DNA from: Gemmatimonadota bacterium
GTDB taxonomy: Bacteria; Gemmatimonadota; Gemmatimonadetes; Gemmatimonadales; GWC2-71-9
NCBI GenBank assembly: GCA_003222135.1
Contig: QHUM01000043.1
Location: forward strand, 18,379 to 82,378
DNA length: 64,000 nt
Direction of reading: 5' to 3'
Shown here: positions 17,260-25,383 of the stretch, one piece after another
Numbering within the stretch: the stretch's first letter is position 1
Layout of the letters: each line of letters begins with the position of its first letter
Translations under genes and position numbers: made by a program
The notes under the pieces: generated by a model
Seen by the model: the letters and a program-made list of their open reading frames with translations, nothing else
Told to the model about the DNA's origin: nothing
The model's database searches: none

Positions 17260-18942
17260 TCAGTACCCTGCCGCCATTCCGTCCTTTCTCGGATCCGAGC
17301 CGCCGGCGTAGCCCCGCGGCAGCCGCATGATCGCCTGCGCTCCGCCGAAGGTGACGGCAGCGTCAGGCGTCACATCGTGGCCCAACGCGGCGAGCGCATG
17401 TCGCACCGACTCGGCAATGGGCGCTTCCAGCGCGACCTGCCGCCCCTCCAGATGCCGGAACCGCGCCGCGTCGATCGCGTCCTGAAGATCCATCCCGAAC
17501 ACGATCAGGTTGAGCAGCAGCTGCACGTGGCCTTGCGGCTGCATCGAGCCGCCCATGACCCCGAAGCTGAGCCAGGGCGCCTCGGCACCGGTGCCGTCCG
17601 GACGCGTGACGAACGCAGGGATGATGGTGTGGAACGGCCGCTTCCCCGGGGCGACCGTATTCGGCAGTCCCGGCTCGAGCGTGAATCCCGCCCCGCGGTT
17701 GTGCAGCGCGAACCCGGTGCCGGGGACGACGACACCGGCGCCGAACGCATCGTACAGCGAGTTGATGAACGACACGATGTTGCCGCTCGAGTCGGCCACG
17801 GTGAGGTAGATCGTCTCGCTCGATGTCATCGGCTTCCCCGGCGCGGGACGGTCGGCGGCGCGGGCCGGGTCGACCAGCGCCCGGCGCGACGCGGCGTAGG
17901 CATCCGTGAGGAGGTGCGCTGCGGGTACGGTCATCGCCGCGGGCTCCCCCACGTAGTGCGCGATATCGGCGTACGCCAGTTTCTTCGCCTCGATCAGGAG
18001 ATGCAGATAGCGGGCGCTGTTGTGACCGAGCGCCTTCAGGTCGTACGGCTCGAGGATTTTGAGCATCTCGAGCGTCGCGACGCCCTGACTGTTCGGCGGG
18101 AGCTCCCACACGCGATAGCCCTTGAACGTCGCGGAGATCGGCTCGACCCATTCCGGCCGGTGATTCCGGAAGTCGTCGACCGTCAGGTAGCCCCCGAGGG
18201 CATGGACGCGCTCCGCGATACGGCGACCGAGCGCGCCACCGTACAGGGCGCCGATCCCCTGCTGCGCGATGAGTCGCAGCGTCCCCGCCAAGTCGGGATT
18301 CCGGAACCATTCGCCGGGGCGCGGGGCTCGGCTCCCTTCCACGAGATAGGTCGCCCGCGCGCCCTCGTCCTTCCGCAGCTTGGCGACCTCGGCGCTCCAT
18401 TCGGCGGAGATGATCGGGGTGACCGGAAAGCCGTCCTGAGCGTAGCCGATGGCTGGTGCGAGGGCCTGCGCCAGCGTCACGGTCCCGAAACGGCGGAGCA
18501 GGGCGTCCCATCCCCCGAGCGCACCCGGGACGGTGACGTCCTCGACGCTTTGCTGCGGCATCGTGGCGTGGCCCTTCGCGAGCAGCGCGTCGCGCGTCAT
18601 GAGACTCCCGGCGCGACCGCTGCTGTTGAGTCCGTACAGCTTGCGGTCCGTGGCAGACCACACCATGGCGAACATGTCTCCGCCGATTCCGGTCATCGGC
18701 GGCTCCACCACGTTGAGCACGGCGGCGGCCGTGACCGCGGCGTCGACGGCATTGCCGCCGCGCTCGAGCACCGCGAGGCCCGCGGCGGTCGCGAGCGGCT
18801 GGCTCGTGGCGATCATGCCGCGCGGCGCGTATACCGTCGAGCGGTGCGCCAGCGTGGTGGGACGGGGAGGCTGCTGCGAATCGGCCGCTCGAGTCATAGT
18901 AAGAAGCAGGGTGACCAGCGTCAGGTGGCGCGTACGGGTCAT
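17260..18942 (-). CDS. ggt: Gamma-glutamyltransferase
   Basis: Signal peptide, GGNAVDAA, TGIGGDMF, SSETIYL (Thr nucleophile), PGKRPFHTIIP, GVMGG..QPQG, GGSDPRKDG. Confidence 0.93.
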   Translation of the reverse strand: MTRTRHLTLVTLLLTMTRAADSQQPPRPTTLAHRSTVYAPRGMIATSQPLATAAGLAVLERGGNAVDAAVTAAAVLNVVEPPMTGIGGDMFAMVWSATDRKLYGLNSSGRAGSLMTRDALLAKGHATMPQQSVEDVTVPGALGGWDALLRRFGTVTLAQALAPAIGYAQDGFPVTPIISAEWSAEVAKLRKDEGARATYLVEGSRAPRPGEWFRNPDLAGTLRLIAQQGIGALYGGALGRRIAERVHALGGYLTVDDFRNHRPEWVEPISATFKGYRVWELPPNSQGVATLEMLKILEPYDLKALGHNSARYLHLLIEAKKLAYADIAHYVGEPAAMTVPAAHLLTDAYAASRRALVDPARAADRPAPGKPMTSSETIYLTVADSSGNIVSFINSLYDAFGAGVVVPGTGFALHNRGAGFTLEPGLPNTVAPGKRPFHTIIPAFVTRPDGTGAEAPWLSFGVMGGSMQPQGHVQLLLNLIVFGMDLQDAIDAARFRHLEGRQVALEAPIAESVRHALAALGHDVTPDAAVTFGGAQAIMRLPRGYAGGSDPRKDGMAAGY

Positions 18943-18952
18943 GCTCCTAGTC

Positions 18953-19984
18953 CTAGGAGAGGCGCCGGGCGATCGCGTCCGCCACGTCGCCGGTGCGCGC
19001 GTCGCCGCCGAGATCCGGTGTTCGGACCCCCGCCGCCAGCGTCTCCTTGACGGCGCGCTCCAGGTCCCGCGCGGCGGCGGCGTGGCCCAGCTGCTCGAAC
19101 ATCAACGCGCCCGTGAGCACGGCCGCCATCGGGTTGGCGACGCCTTTCCCCGCGAGGGGCGGAGCAGAGCCGTGCACCGGCTCGAACAGCCCCCCGCGAC
19201 CGGGGTGGAGGTTTGCGCTCGCCGCCAGGCCGAGGCCACCGACGAGCCCCGCGCCCAAGTCGGATAGGATGTCGCCGTACAGGTTGTTCGTGACGATGAC
19301 CTGAAAGCGCTCGGGCTCGCGCACCAGCTCCATCGCGAGGGCGTCCACGTAGCGGTGCTCGGCGCCGATGCTCGGAAACGCCGCCGCAACCCGCTTGAAC
19401 GTCTCCTGCCACACCTTGTGGGCCGGTACGGCGTTCGCCTTGTCGCTCATCGTGACGCGCGTCTTGCCGTGCGCCGTCGCCCACTCGAACGCCGCGCGGA
19501 TGATCCGCTCGACGCCCCTGACGGTGTTGATTTCCTCGGCGACGTACCGCTCCCCGTCGATGCGGCCCTTCCCGAGATAGACGCCTTCGGTGTTCTCGCG
19601 AAAGATGACGAAATCGATCGGGCGGTCCGAGCGCAGCGGGGTCAGGGTGGGGTGCAGCAGCGTGATGGGCCGAAAGTTGATGTACAGGTCCAGCCGGAAG
19701 CGCAGTCCCAGCAGGATGTCGCGCGCGTGCTCGTTCCCCGGGACCCGGGGGTCGCCCAATGCGCCGAGCAAGATCGCTTCCATGTCGTCGCGCAGGTGAC
19801 GGAACGCGCCGTCGGGAAGCGTCTCCTTGGTTCTGAGGTAGTGGTCGGCGGAATACGGCAGACGCTCGAGGTCGAGCCCGAAGCCGTGGCGCGCTGCTGC
19901 GCGCTCGAGCACGGGCAGCGCCGCGCCGATCACCTCCGGGCCGATCCCGTCGCCGGCGATCACTGCGATGCGATGGCGCTTCAC
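18953..19984 (-). CDS. leuB: 3-isopropylmalate dehydrogenase (beta-decarboxylating dehydrogenase family)
   Basis: GDGIGPEV, GALGDP, LRFRLDLYINFRP, RENTEG, NLYGDILSD, FEPVHGSAP. GTG start at 19984 in a GTGA overlap. Substrate specificity is not certain. Confidence 0.7.
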   Translation of the reverse strand: MKRHRIAVIAGDGIGPEVIGAALPVLERAAARHGFGLDLERLPYSADHYLRTKETLPDGAFRHLRDDMEAILLGALGDPRVPGNEHARDILLGLRFRLDLYINFRPITLLHPTLTPLRSDRPIDFVIFRENTEGVYLGKGRIDGERYVAEEINTVRGVERIIRAAFEWATAHGKTRVTMSDKANAVPAHKVWQETFKRVAAAFPSIGAEHRYVDALAMELVREPERFQVIVTNNLYGDILSDLGAGLVGGLGLAASANLHPGRGGLFEPVHGSAPPLAGKGVANPMAAVLTGALMFEQLGHAAAARDLERAVKETLAAGVRTPDLGGDARTGDVADAIARRLS

Positions 19985-20658
19985 TCGAAGCCGGTGGCGC
20001 GTCCGCAGCCGGCGCAGTAGCGCCACCCGACGTCGACTTCGCTGCCGCAGGCCGGACAGCGCAGCTCGCCCGATGGCGGCTGGCCGCATTGCGGGCAGAA
20101 GTTCACCTTGCGGCCCCCCGGGAGCGTCTCCCCGCAATACGGGCACTGGCGTGCCGACTCGCTCTGCTCCGCCAACTCGAACGCCGACCCCGCCGCGTCC
20201 CCCACCGCATCCTCGTCCGGCGCTCCGCCCCCCACCTCGGGCGCGTCGGGAGGTGGCGGGGAGGGATGGGTGTCGTGGGGAACGAGTGATGGCGGCGCGT
20301 AGACACGATCGCCGCGCAGGAAGCGCTCGGCGGCCAGACGGTTCAGGCTGAGCACCGCGTCGGTGAACTGGCGGAACAGGCCCGGATCCGGATTGACCTC
20401 TGCCGCCTCGCGTCGCAGCGCCTCCTGCACCTCGGGGGGATCGAGCGAGACGTAGCCGCGCTCGCCCGACAGCAACCGCAGCACGGCCATCTCGTAGTCC
20501 TGGTGGGTCGCGACCTTGAGCGCCGAGCGGTTGGAGCGGTACGGCACCAGCCGCTCGTACACCTCCGCCGCGGGGAACGGCACGGCGAGCCGCCCGGGCG
20601 CCTCGTCCGCCAGCACCCGCACCAGCCGCTCGAACAAGCGATCCAGATCGTCAGCCAA
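19981..20658 (-). CDS. Double zinc-ribbon domain protein
   Basis: C-terminal CPYCG..FCPQCG..CPACG..YCAGCG. The N-terminal domain is unassigned. TTG start. Confidence 0.75.
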   Translation of the reverse strand: MADDLDRLFERLVRVLADEAPGRLAVPFPAAEVYERLVPYRSNRSALKVATHQDYEMAVLRLLSGERGYVSLDPPEVQEALRREAAEVNPDPGLFRQFTDAVLSLNRLAAERFLRGDRVYAPPSLVPHDTHPSPPPPDAPEVGGGAPDEDAVGDAAGSAFELAEQSESARQCPYCGETLPGGRKVNFCPQCGQPPSGELRCPACGSEVDVGWRYCAGCGRATGFE

Positions 20659-20666
20659 CTGCGTCC

Positions 20667-20694
20667 TCTCCCTTCTCCCGTCTCCCCTCTTCCG
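20667..20694. repeat. Heptamer array (TCTCCCN)x4
   Basis: TCTCCCT TCTCCCG TCTCCCC TCTTCCG, intergenic. Confidence 0.75.
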
Positions 20695-21762
20695 TCATTT
20701 CACCACCACCACCCCTTTCATAAATGGATGGGGGGTGCAGTGGTACGGATACGTCCCGGGACGGTCGAATCGGTGGCTGAACGTGCCACTGGGGGCGATC
20801 GTCGGCGAGCCCGGCTCGGTGCCATCGAAGGTCACCGTGTGCTCGGCGACGTCGTCGTTCGCCCACACCACCGTTGCGCCGGCTGGGATGCGCACGGTGT
20901 CGGTCGCGAACTTGTACTGCGTGATTTTCACGACGGCGGCCCCCTCCGGAACGACCAGCTTTGGCCTGCCGCTCCCGTGGAACCACGGGCTGAAGCGCTT
21001 CAGGTGCAGCGGGATCGTGAACTCGAAGCCGTAGAGGATGCGGTTCGATCCGACCGGCGCGAAGCCGATCGAGGCTCCCTGGATCGTCGCGCTGGTCGCG
21101 TTACTCGCCTGCAGGGAAAACGTGTGCGGCGAGCCGGGGATGAGGAGGTTCAGCGCCACACTCCACGCCGCGCGTCCGTTGACGGGAGCGACGAACGATC
21201 CGAGATCCGCGCTTACGGCGATGTAGGGTGTGAGGCGAGCCACGACGCCCCCCGCAAGCGCCAGCTGGCGCTCTCCGGACGTGCCCAGCTCCCGAGCCAC
21301 GCCGCGGCCGGCGCCCTCGAGGGTCAGCGCGCCGCGCGTCCAGTCCACCGCCACCTCGCCGTCCATGCTCTTCGCCAGGAGGTTGTAAGCAGGAGTCACC
21401 GCCACGGAGAACCCCGGCGCGCCCTCGGCTCCGACGGCGCGCCAACGCGCGAAGAGTTCCGTCTCGTTGCTGGACTGTGCCCCCGCTCCAGTGCCGACGA
21501 GGGACTTGGTGGCGAAGCGACCTCCCACCGCGACCGCGTGTCCGAACCCCGCAGCGAGTGTGAAGCTGGGATAGTTGATGACGCTGTGCGACGGGCCAGG
21601 CGTCACGTAGAAACGGTGCAGGAAGTTGAACTGGACGACCCCGGCGTCGGGGACCCAGGTGCCACCCATGTTCGGTCCGCGGTAGAGCAGCGACTGCGCA
21701 GCGAGCGGCGCCACAGTCAGCGAGACGGCGAGGACGAGCAGAGCCAACGATACACGTTTCAT
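20695..21762 (-). CDS. Secreted DUF5777-like beta-barrel fused to a C-terminal cupredoxin (type 1 Cu)
   Basis: Signal peptide MKRVSLALL..LAAQ. Barrel-like strands (QFNFLHRF, FSLQASNA). C-terminal EHTVTF and YHCTPHPFMKG. Confidence 0.7.
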   Translation of the reverse strand: MKRVSLALLVLAVSLTVAPLAAQSLLYRGPNMGGTWVPDAGVVQFNFLHRFYVTPGPSHSVINYPSFTLAAGFGHAVAVGGRFATKSLVGTGAGAQSSNETELFARWRAVGAEGAPGFSVAVTPAYNLLAKSMDGEVAVDWTRGALTLEGAGRGVARELGTSGERQLALAGGVVARLTPYIAVSADLGSFVAPVNGRAAWSVALNLLIPGSPHTFSLQASNATSATIQGASIGFAPVGSNRILYGFEFTIPLHLKRFSPWFHGSGRPKLVVPEGAAVVKITQYKFATDTVRIPAGATVVWANDDVAEHTVTFDGTEPGSPTIAPSGTFSHRFDRPGTYPYHCTPHPFMKGVVVVK

Positions 21763-21805
21763 GACGACCCTCACGGTATGAGGACGTTAGATCGACGTGG
21801 CCTTA

Positions 21806-21846
21806 CATTCGCAATCCGAAATCCGCAATCCGCAATCCGCAATTTT
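21806..21846. repeat. Heptamer array (CAATCCG)x~5, single arm
   Basis: CATTCG CAATCCG AAATCCG CAATCCG CAATCCG CAATTTT. Same unit as the arrays at 8994-9100. Confidence 0.9.
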
Positions 21847-21848
21847 GA

Positions 21849-22352
21849 TCACCGCCACTCGCCCACCCACCGGTCATACAGCACCGGGACGATGCCGGTC
21901 TGCGCGAGCACTTCGATGCCGGACGGGTCGCGGTAGGCCTTGCGATAGAACACGTGCGTGACGCCCGAGTTGATGATCAGCTTGGCGCACATCACGCACG
22001 GCGAGGCGCTGATGAAGACCACTTTGTCGCGCACGCTCCCCGGCGCCTTGACGAGCGCATTCATCTCTGAATGAATGCAGCCGCAGCTCCCCGGCACGGA
22101 AGAATCACAGCGGTTGGGGAGGCCGCGGGCGTTCCCGTTGTAGCCGATCGCGAGCACGTTCTCGAGCAGCTGGTCGGTCACCACCGTCCCGACGCGCAGC
22201 CGCGCGCAGGTGGAGCGCTTGGCAAGCTCCTCGGCCATCCGCATATAAACCTCGTACAGCGGAATGCGGTCAACCGGTGGGACCGACGCACCGTTGGGGA
22301 GCAGGTTCAGGACGTGGGTGTTGGCGGCGACGCCGTCTTTAGGCACGCTCAT
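21849..22352 (-). CDS. dCMP deaminase family protein
   Basis: RSTCARLRVG, GYNG, CIHSEMNAL (HxE), SPCVMC (PCxxC). Confidence 0.88.
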   Translation of the reverse strand: MSVPKDGVAANTHVLNLLPNGASVPPVDRIPLYEVYMRMAEELAKRSTCARLRVGTVVTDQLLENVLAIGYNGNARGLPNRCDSSVPGSCGCIHSEMNALVKAPGSVRDKVVFISASPCVMCAKLIINSGVTHVFYRKAYRDPSGIEVLAQTGIVPVLYDRWVGEWR

Positions 22353-22929
22353 GCAGCTCTTGATCGGGATCGTAGTCGGTGTAGCGTCCCCGCGCCCGTC
22401 GCTGTGCCAGCCAGGTATCGAAGCCCGATGGTAAGAGACCGTTGGAGCGCTCCTGCCGCTCCGCGGCGCGGATGGCGAGGTCGTTGGCGTACTCGTTCTT
22501 GGGATTGTCGTTGTGGCCGCGGACCCAGCGCCACTCGATCGTGTGCCCGGCGGCCGCCTGCACCAGCTTTTGCCACAGCGCCAGATTCTCGACCGCGCCG
22601 CCCTTGCGGCGCCAGCCGCGCGCCACCCAGCCGGGGACCCATTCGTTCATCCCCTTGATCAGGTATTCGGAATCGGACACGTAGGTGACGTGGGCGGTCC
22701 GCCACTGGCGATGTAGCCACTCGAGCGTGGCGATGGCGCCCGCGAGCGCCATACGATTGTTGGTGGTGTCGGGGGCGCATTCGTAGAAGTCCCAGCGCGC
22801 CACGCTGTCGCCGGCGGGCGCTTCGATCAGCGCGGCGTTGCCGCCGGGGTTGGGCGGCTCCGTGCCGTTGCCGAGGCAGCTCTCGTCGGCGTGCACGAGG
22901 ACGTGGATCGGCGGCGTCTTATCGGGCAT
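22339..22929 (-). CDS. rnhA: Ribonuclease HI
   Basis: ADESCLGN, TTNNRMAL, SDSEY, WVARGW, VENLALW, WVRGHNDNPKNEYAND. Confidence 0.9.
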   Translation of the reverse strand: MPDKTPPIHVLVHADESCLGNGTEPPNPGGNAALIEAPAGDSVARWDFYECAPDTTNNRMALAGAIATLEWLHRQWRTAHVTYVSDSEYLIKGMNEWVPGWVARGWRRKGGAVENLALWQKLVQAAAGHTIEWRWVRGHNDNPKNEYANDLAIRAAERQERSNGLLPSGFDTWLAQRRARGRYTDYDPDQELHERA

Positions 22930-23682
22930 CTAGGGCTGGATCACCACCGGGATGTCGGTGTGGCGTAGGATCTCTTCGGCGTGAGACACGACGACGGCGC
23001 TGGGGCGGCCGTGCTGGTGGCTCAAGTGGGCCCCGGCGAACAGCGCGTCGCACCGGGTGCGCTTGATCACCCGGGCCACCACTTCGCCGGGGGTGCCGGG
23101 CTCGACGTGCGTCACGAACGGCACCCGCTGCATCGAGAGCAGCGCTTCCGCGACGCCGACCACCTGCAGACCGGCGTCGCGGTCCGCGGCGGCGTGGATC
23201 AGATGGATCGTGCTCCCGACCACGGTGGCGAAGCGCGCGGCGAGCTCGAGGGCGCGCTGGCTCGTCTCGCGCCCGTCGAACGCGAGCGCGCAGGAGGTCA
23301 TGGGTGACGGCAGCCCGCCGCACACGATCACGCAACGCTCGGCGATCTTGATGAGCGACACGACCGTGGGACCGAGCGCGGCGCCTTTGGTGGTGACGCC
23401 GCGGCGGCCGACGAGCACCGCATCGGCCGCCTTCGCCAGCTCGGCCAGCTCGACGTCGGGCTCGCCCTCGCGCTCGACGATCTCGGCGCGCAGCCCCGCC
23501 GTGACGAGCCGCTCGCGGGCGCGGTCCAGCATCGCCGCCCCGTTGGCGGAGCGCCCATTCCGCTCCCGCACGTACGCGACGACCACCGTGCTGCCGAACC
23601 GCTGGGCCAGCATCACCGCCTGCTCGAACCCCGCGTCCGCCCGCGGGCTGCCGTCCAGCCCCACCAGCAGTCGAGTGAACAC
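22930..23682 (-). CDS. Universal stress protein (tandem USP domains)
   Basis: LLVGLDGS...LVGRRG, then LAFDG...LFAGA...LRHTDIPVVIQP. Confidence 0.85.
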   Translation of the reverse strand: MFTRLLVGLDGSPRADAGFEQAVMLAQRFGSTVVVAYVRERNGRSANGAAMLDRARERLVTAGLRAEIVEREGEPDVELAELAKAADAVLVGRRGVTTKGAALGPTVVSLIKIAERCVIVCGGLPSPMTSCALAFDGRETSQRALELAARFATVVGSTIHLIHAAADRDAGLQVVGVAEALLSMQRVPFVTHVEPGTPGEVVARVIKRTRCDALFAGAHLSHQHGRPSAVVVSHAEEILRHTDIPVVIQP

Positions 23683-23684
23683 GC

Positions 23685-23921
23685 CTACGGCAGCACGGCG
23701 AAGGATTCGAGCTCGCGCAGCGGGAAGTCCAGGATTTCCCCCGTCATCGGAAGCCTCCCCTGAAGCGCTTCCTCGCGCTCCCCGGTATCGAGCCGCTCGG
23801 CCACGACGACATATTCGGTGCCGCGCCGCCGGAGCGCTACCCGGCGCCGGTCCCGGACTGCCCGTTCCAACGCGTCGAGCGCGTCCGGGGTGAGGCTGGT
23901 GAACTCGCGGATCGTCGCCAC
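23685..23921 (-). CDS. Small hypothetical protein (78 aa)
   Basis: Fills the gap between selD and the USP gene on the operon strand. GTG start at 23921. Confidence 0.55.
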   Translation of the reverse strand: MATIREFTSLTPDALDALERAVRDRRRVALRRRGTEYVVVAERLDTGEREEALQGRLPMTGEILDFPLRELESFAVLP

Positions 23922-23931
23922 GGGCTCGGAG

Positions 23932-24972
23932 CTACCCCACCGCCACTCGACCGGAAGGCCCAGCGACCACCCGCCCGATGACCGCCGCGGCGGGCGCCTG
24001 CTCCCGCTCGAGCGCGGCAACGAGCGCTTCCGCGCTGCCGGGCGCCGCCGCGATCAGCAGTCCGCCCGATGTCTGCGCGTCGCTCAACAGCACGCGGGTC
24101 GTCTCGTCTACGCCCGCGGCGAAGCTCACCGAGTCGGCGAGGCTCGCCAGGTTGCGCTGGGTGCCGCCGGGGACGGCGCCGCGGGCCGCCATGTCGCGGG
24201 CGTGCGGCAAGAGCGGCACCGCCCGTGCCGTGACCTCCGCCGCCGCGCCGCTCGCCTCGAGCAGGCTGTGAAGGTGGCCCAGCAGCCCGAACCCCGTCAC
24301 GTCGGTCGCCGCGTGGACGCCGACGGCCAGCATCGCGCGGGCCGCGGCCGCGTTGAGGGTCGTCATCACCGCCACCGCGGACGCGAGCTCCGCCTCTGAG
24401 AGAAGATCGCGCTTCAACGCGGTCGTCAGGACGCCCGTGCCGATCGGCTTGGTCAGCACCAGCGCGTCGCCCGGTCGTGCGCCCGCGTTGGTGACGATCC
24501 GGTCGGGGTGCACCTCGCCGACCACCGCCATGCCGTATTTCGGCTCCGGGTCGTCGATGGAATGGCCACCCAGCACGAACGCGCCCGCGGCGCGTGCGAC
24601 GTCGGCCCCGCCGCGCAGCACCTCGCCCAGCACGTCGTACGGGATCACGTCGCGCGGCCAGCCCACCAGGTTCAGGGCGACGAGCGGCGTGGCGCCCATG
24701 GCGTAGATGTCGGAGAAGGCGTTCGCGGCGGCGATGCGCCCGAAGTCGTACGGATCGTCCACGATGGGCGTGAAGAAGTCCACCGTCGCCACGATCGCGC
24801 GGTCGGCCGACAGCCGAAACACGGCGGCGTCGTCGCGGGTGGCGGCGTCGACGAGGATCCGAGGATCCGTCGCGGCGGGCACGTGACGCAGGACCTGCGC
24901 CAGCTCGGCGGGGCCGAGCTTGCAGGCTCAGCCCGCGCCGTGCGAGTAGCGCGTCAGCCGGACGGCGGTCAT
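23932..24972 (-). CDS. selD: Selenide, water dikinase SelD, selenocysteine form
   Basis: ATG 24972 gives MTAVRLTRYSHGAG-U(TGA 24928-24930)-ACKL. Also DDAAVF, TVDFFTP, ANAFSDIYAMG, GGHSIDD, TDVTGFGLLGH, DAQTSGGLL. An alternative in-frame ATG lies at 24987. Confidence 0.95.
24893..24927 (-). promoter_or_regulatory. Candidate bacterial SECIS hairpin
   Basis: Directly 3' of the UGA: GCCTGC-A-AGCTCGG-CCCCG-CCGAGCT-GGC-GCAGGT. Confidence 0.55.
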
Positions 24973-25005
24973 GGGTTCGGGGGACATGGAGCTACCGAAG
25001 ATACC

Positions 25006-25383
25006 CTATCCGAGTCTCCAGGCGAGAATACCGCCCGCCGCCACGTAGCGGGCCACGTCGAGCGATGCGTGCGCGAGCAGCGCGCGCCGGCGTGGCGGCT
25101 CCACGTACTGCAGCATGACGAGACGCCGCGGGAACGCGACGAGGAGTCCGACCAGGAAGAACAGCAGCCACCAGCCACCCGCACCCAGGGAGTCGAACCA
25201 CAGCGACGCGAACAGCGTCACTACTACGGCCTCGGCGAGGCGCCACCCGATCTCCCAGCGGTTGAACGACCATGCGACGGCGTGCTGGCCGATCGTCTGG
25301 TCCCAGCGGTATCCGAGCGGCGGCGCGACGGCGAACAGGATGGCTACCGGCAGCCAGGCGGCGACGAGCCGACCGAGGGTCAC
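25006..25383 (-). CDS. Small hypothetical membrane protein
   Basis: GTG start at 25383 overlaps the upstream TGA (GTGA). Three to four hydrophobic segments. Confidence 0.6.
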   Translation of the reverse strand: MTLGRLVAAWLPVAILFAVAPPLGYRWDQTIGQHAVAWSFNRWEIGWRLAEAVVVTLFASLWFDSLGAGGWWLLFFLVGLLVAFPRRLVMLQYVEPPRRRALLAHASLDVARYVAAGGILAWRLG

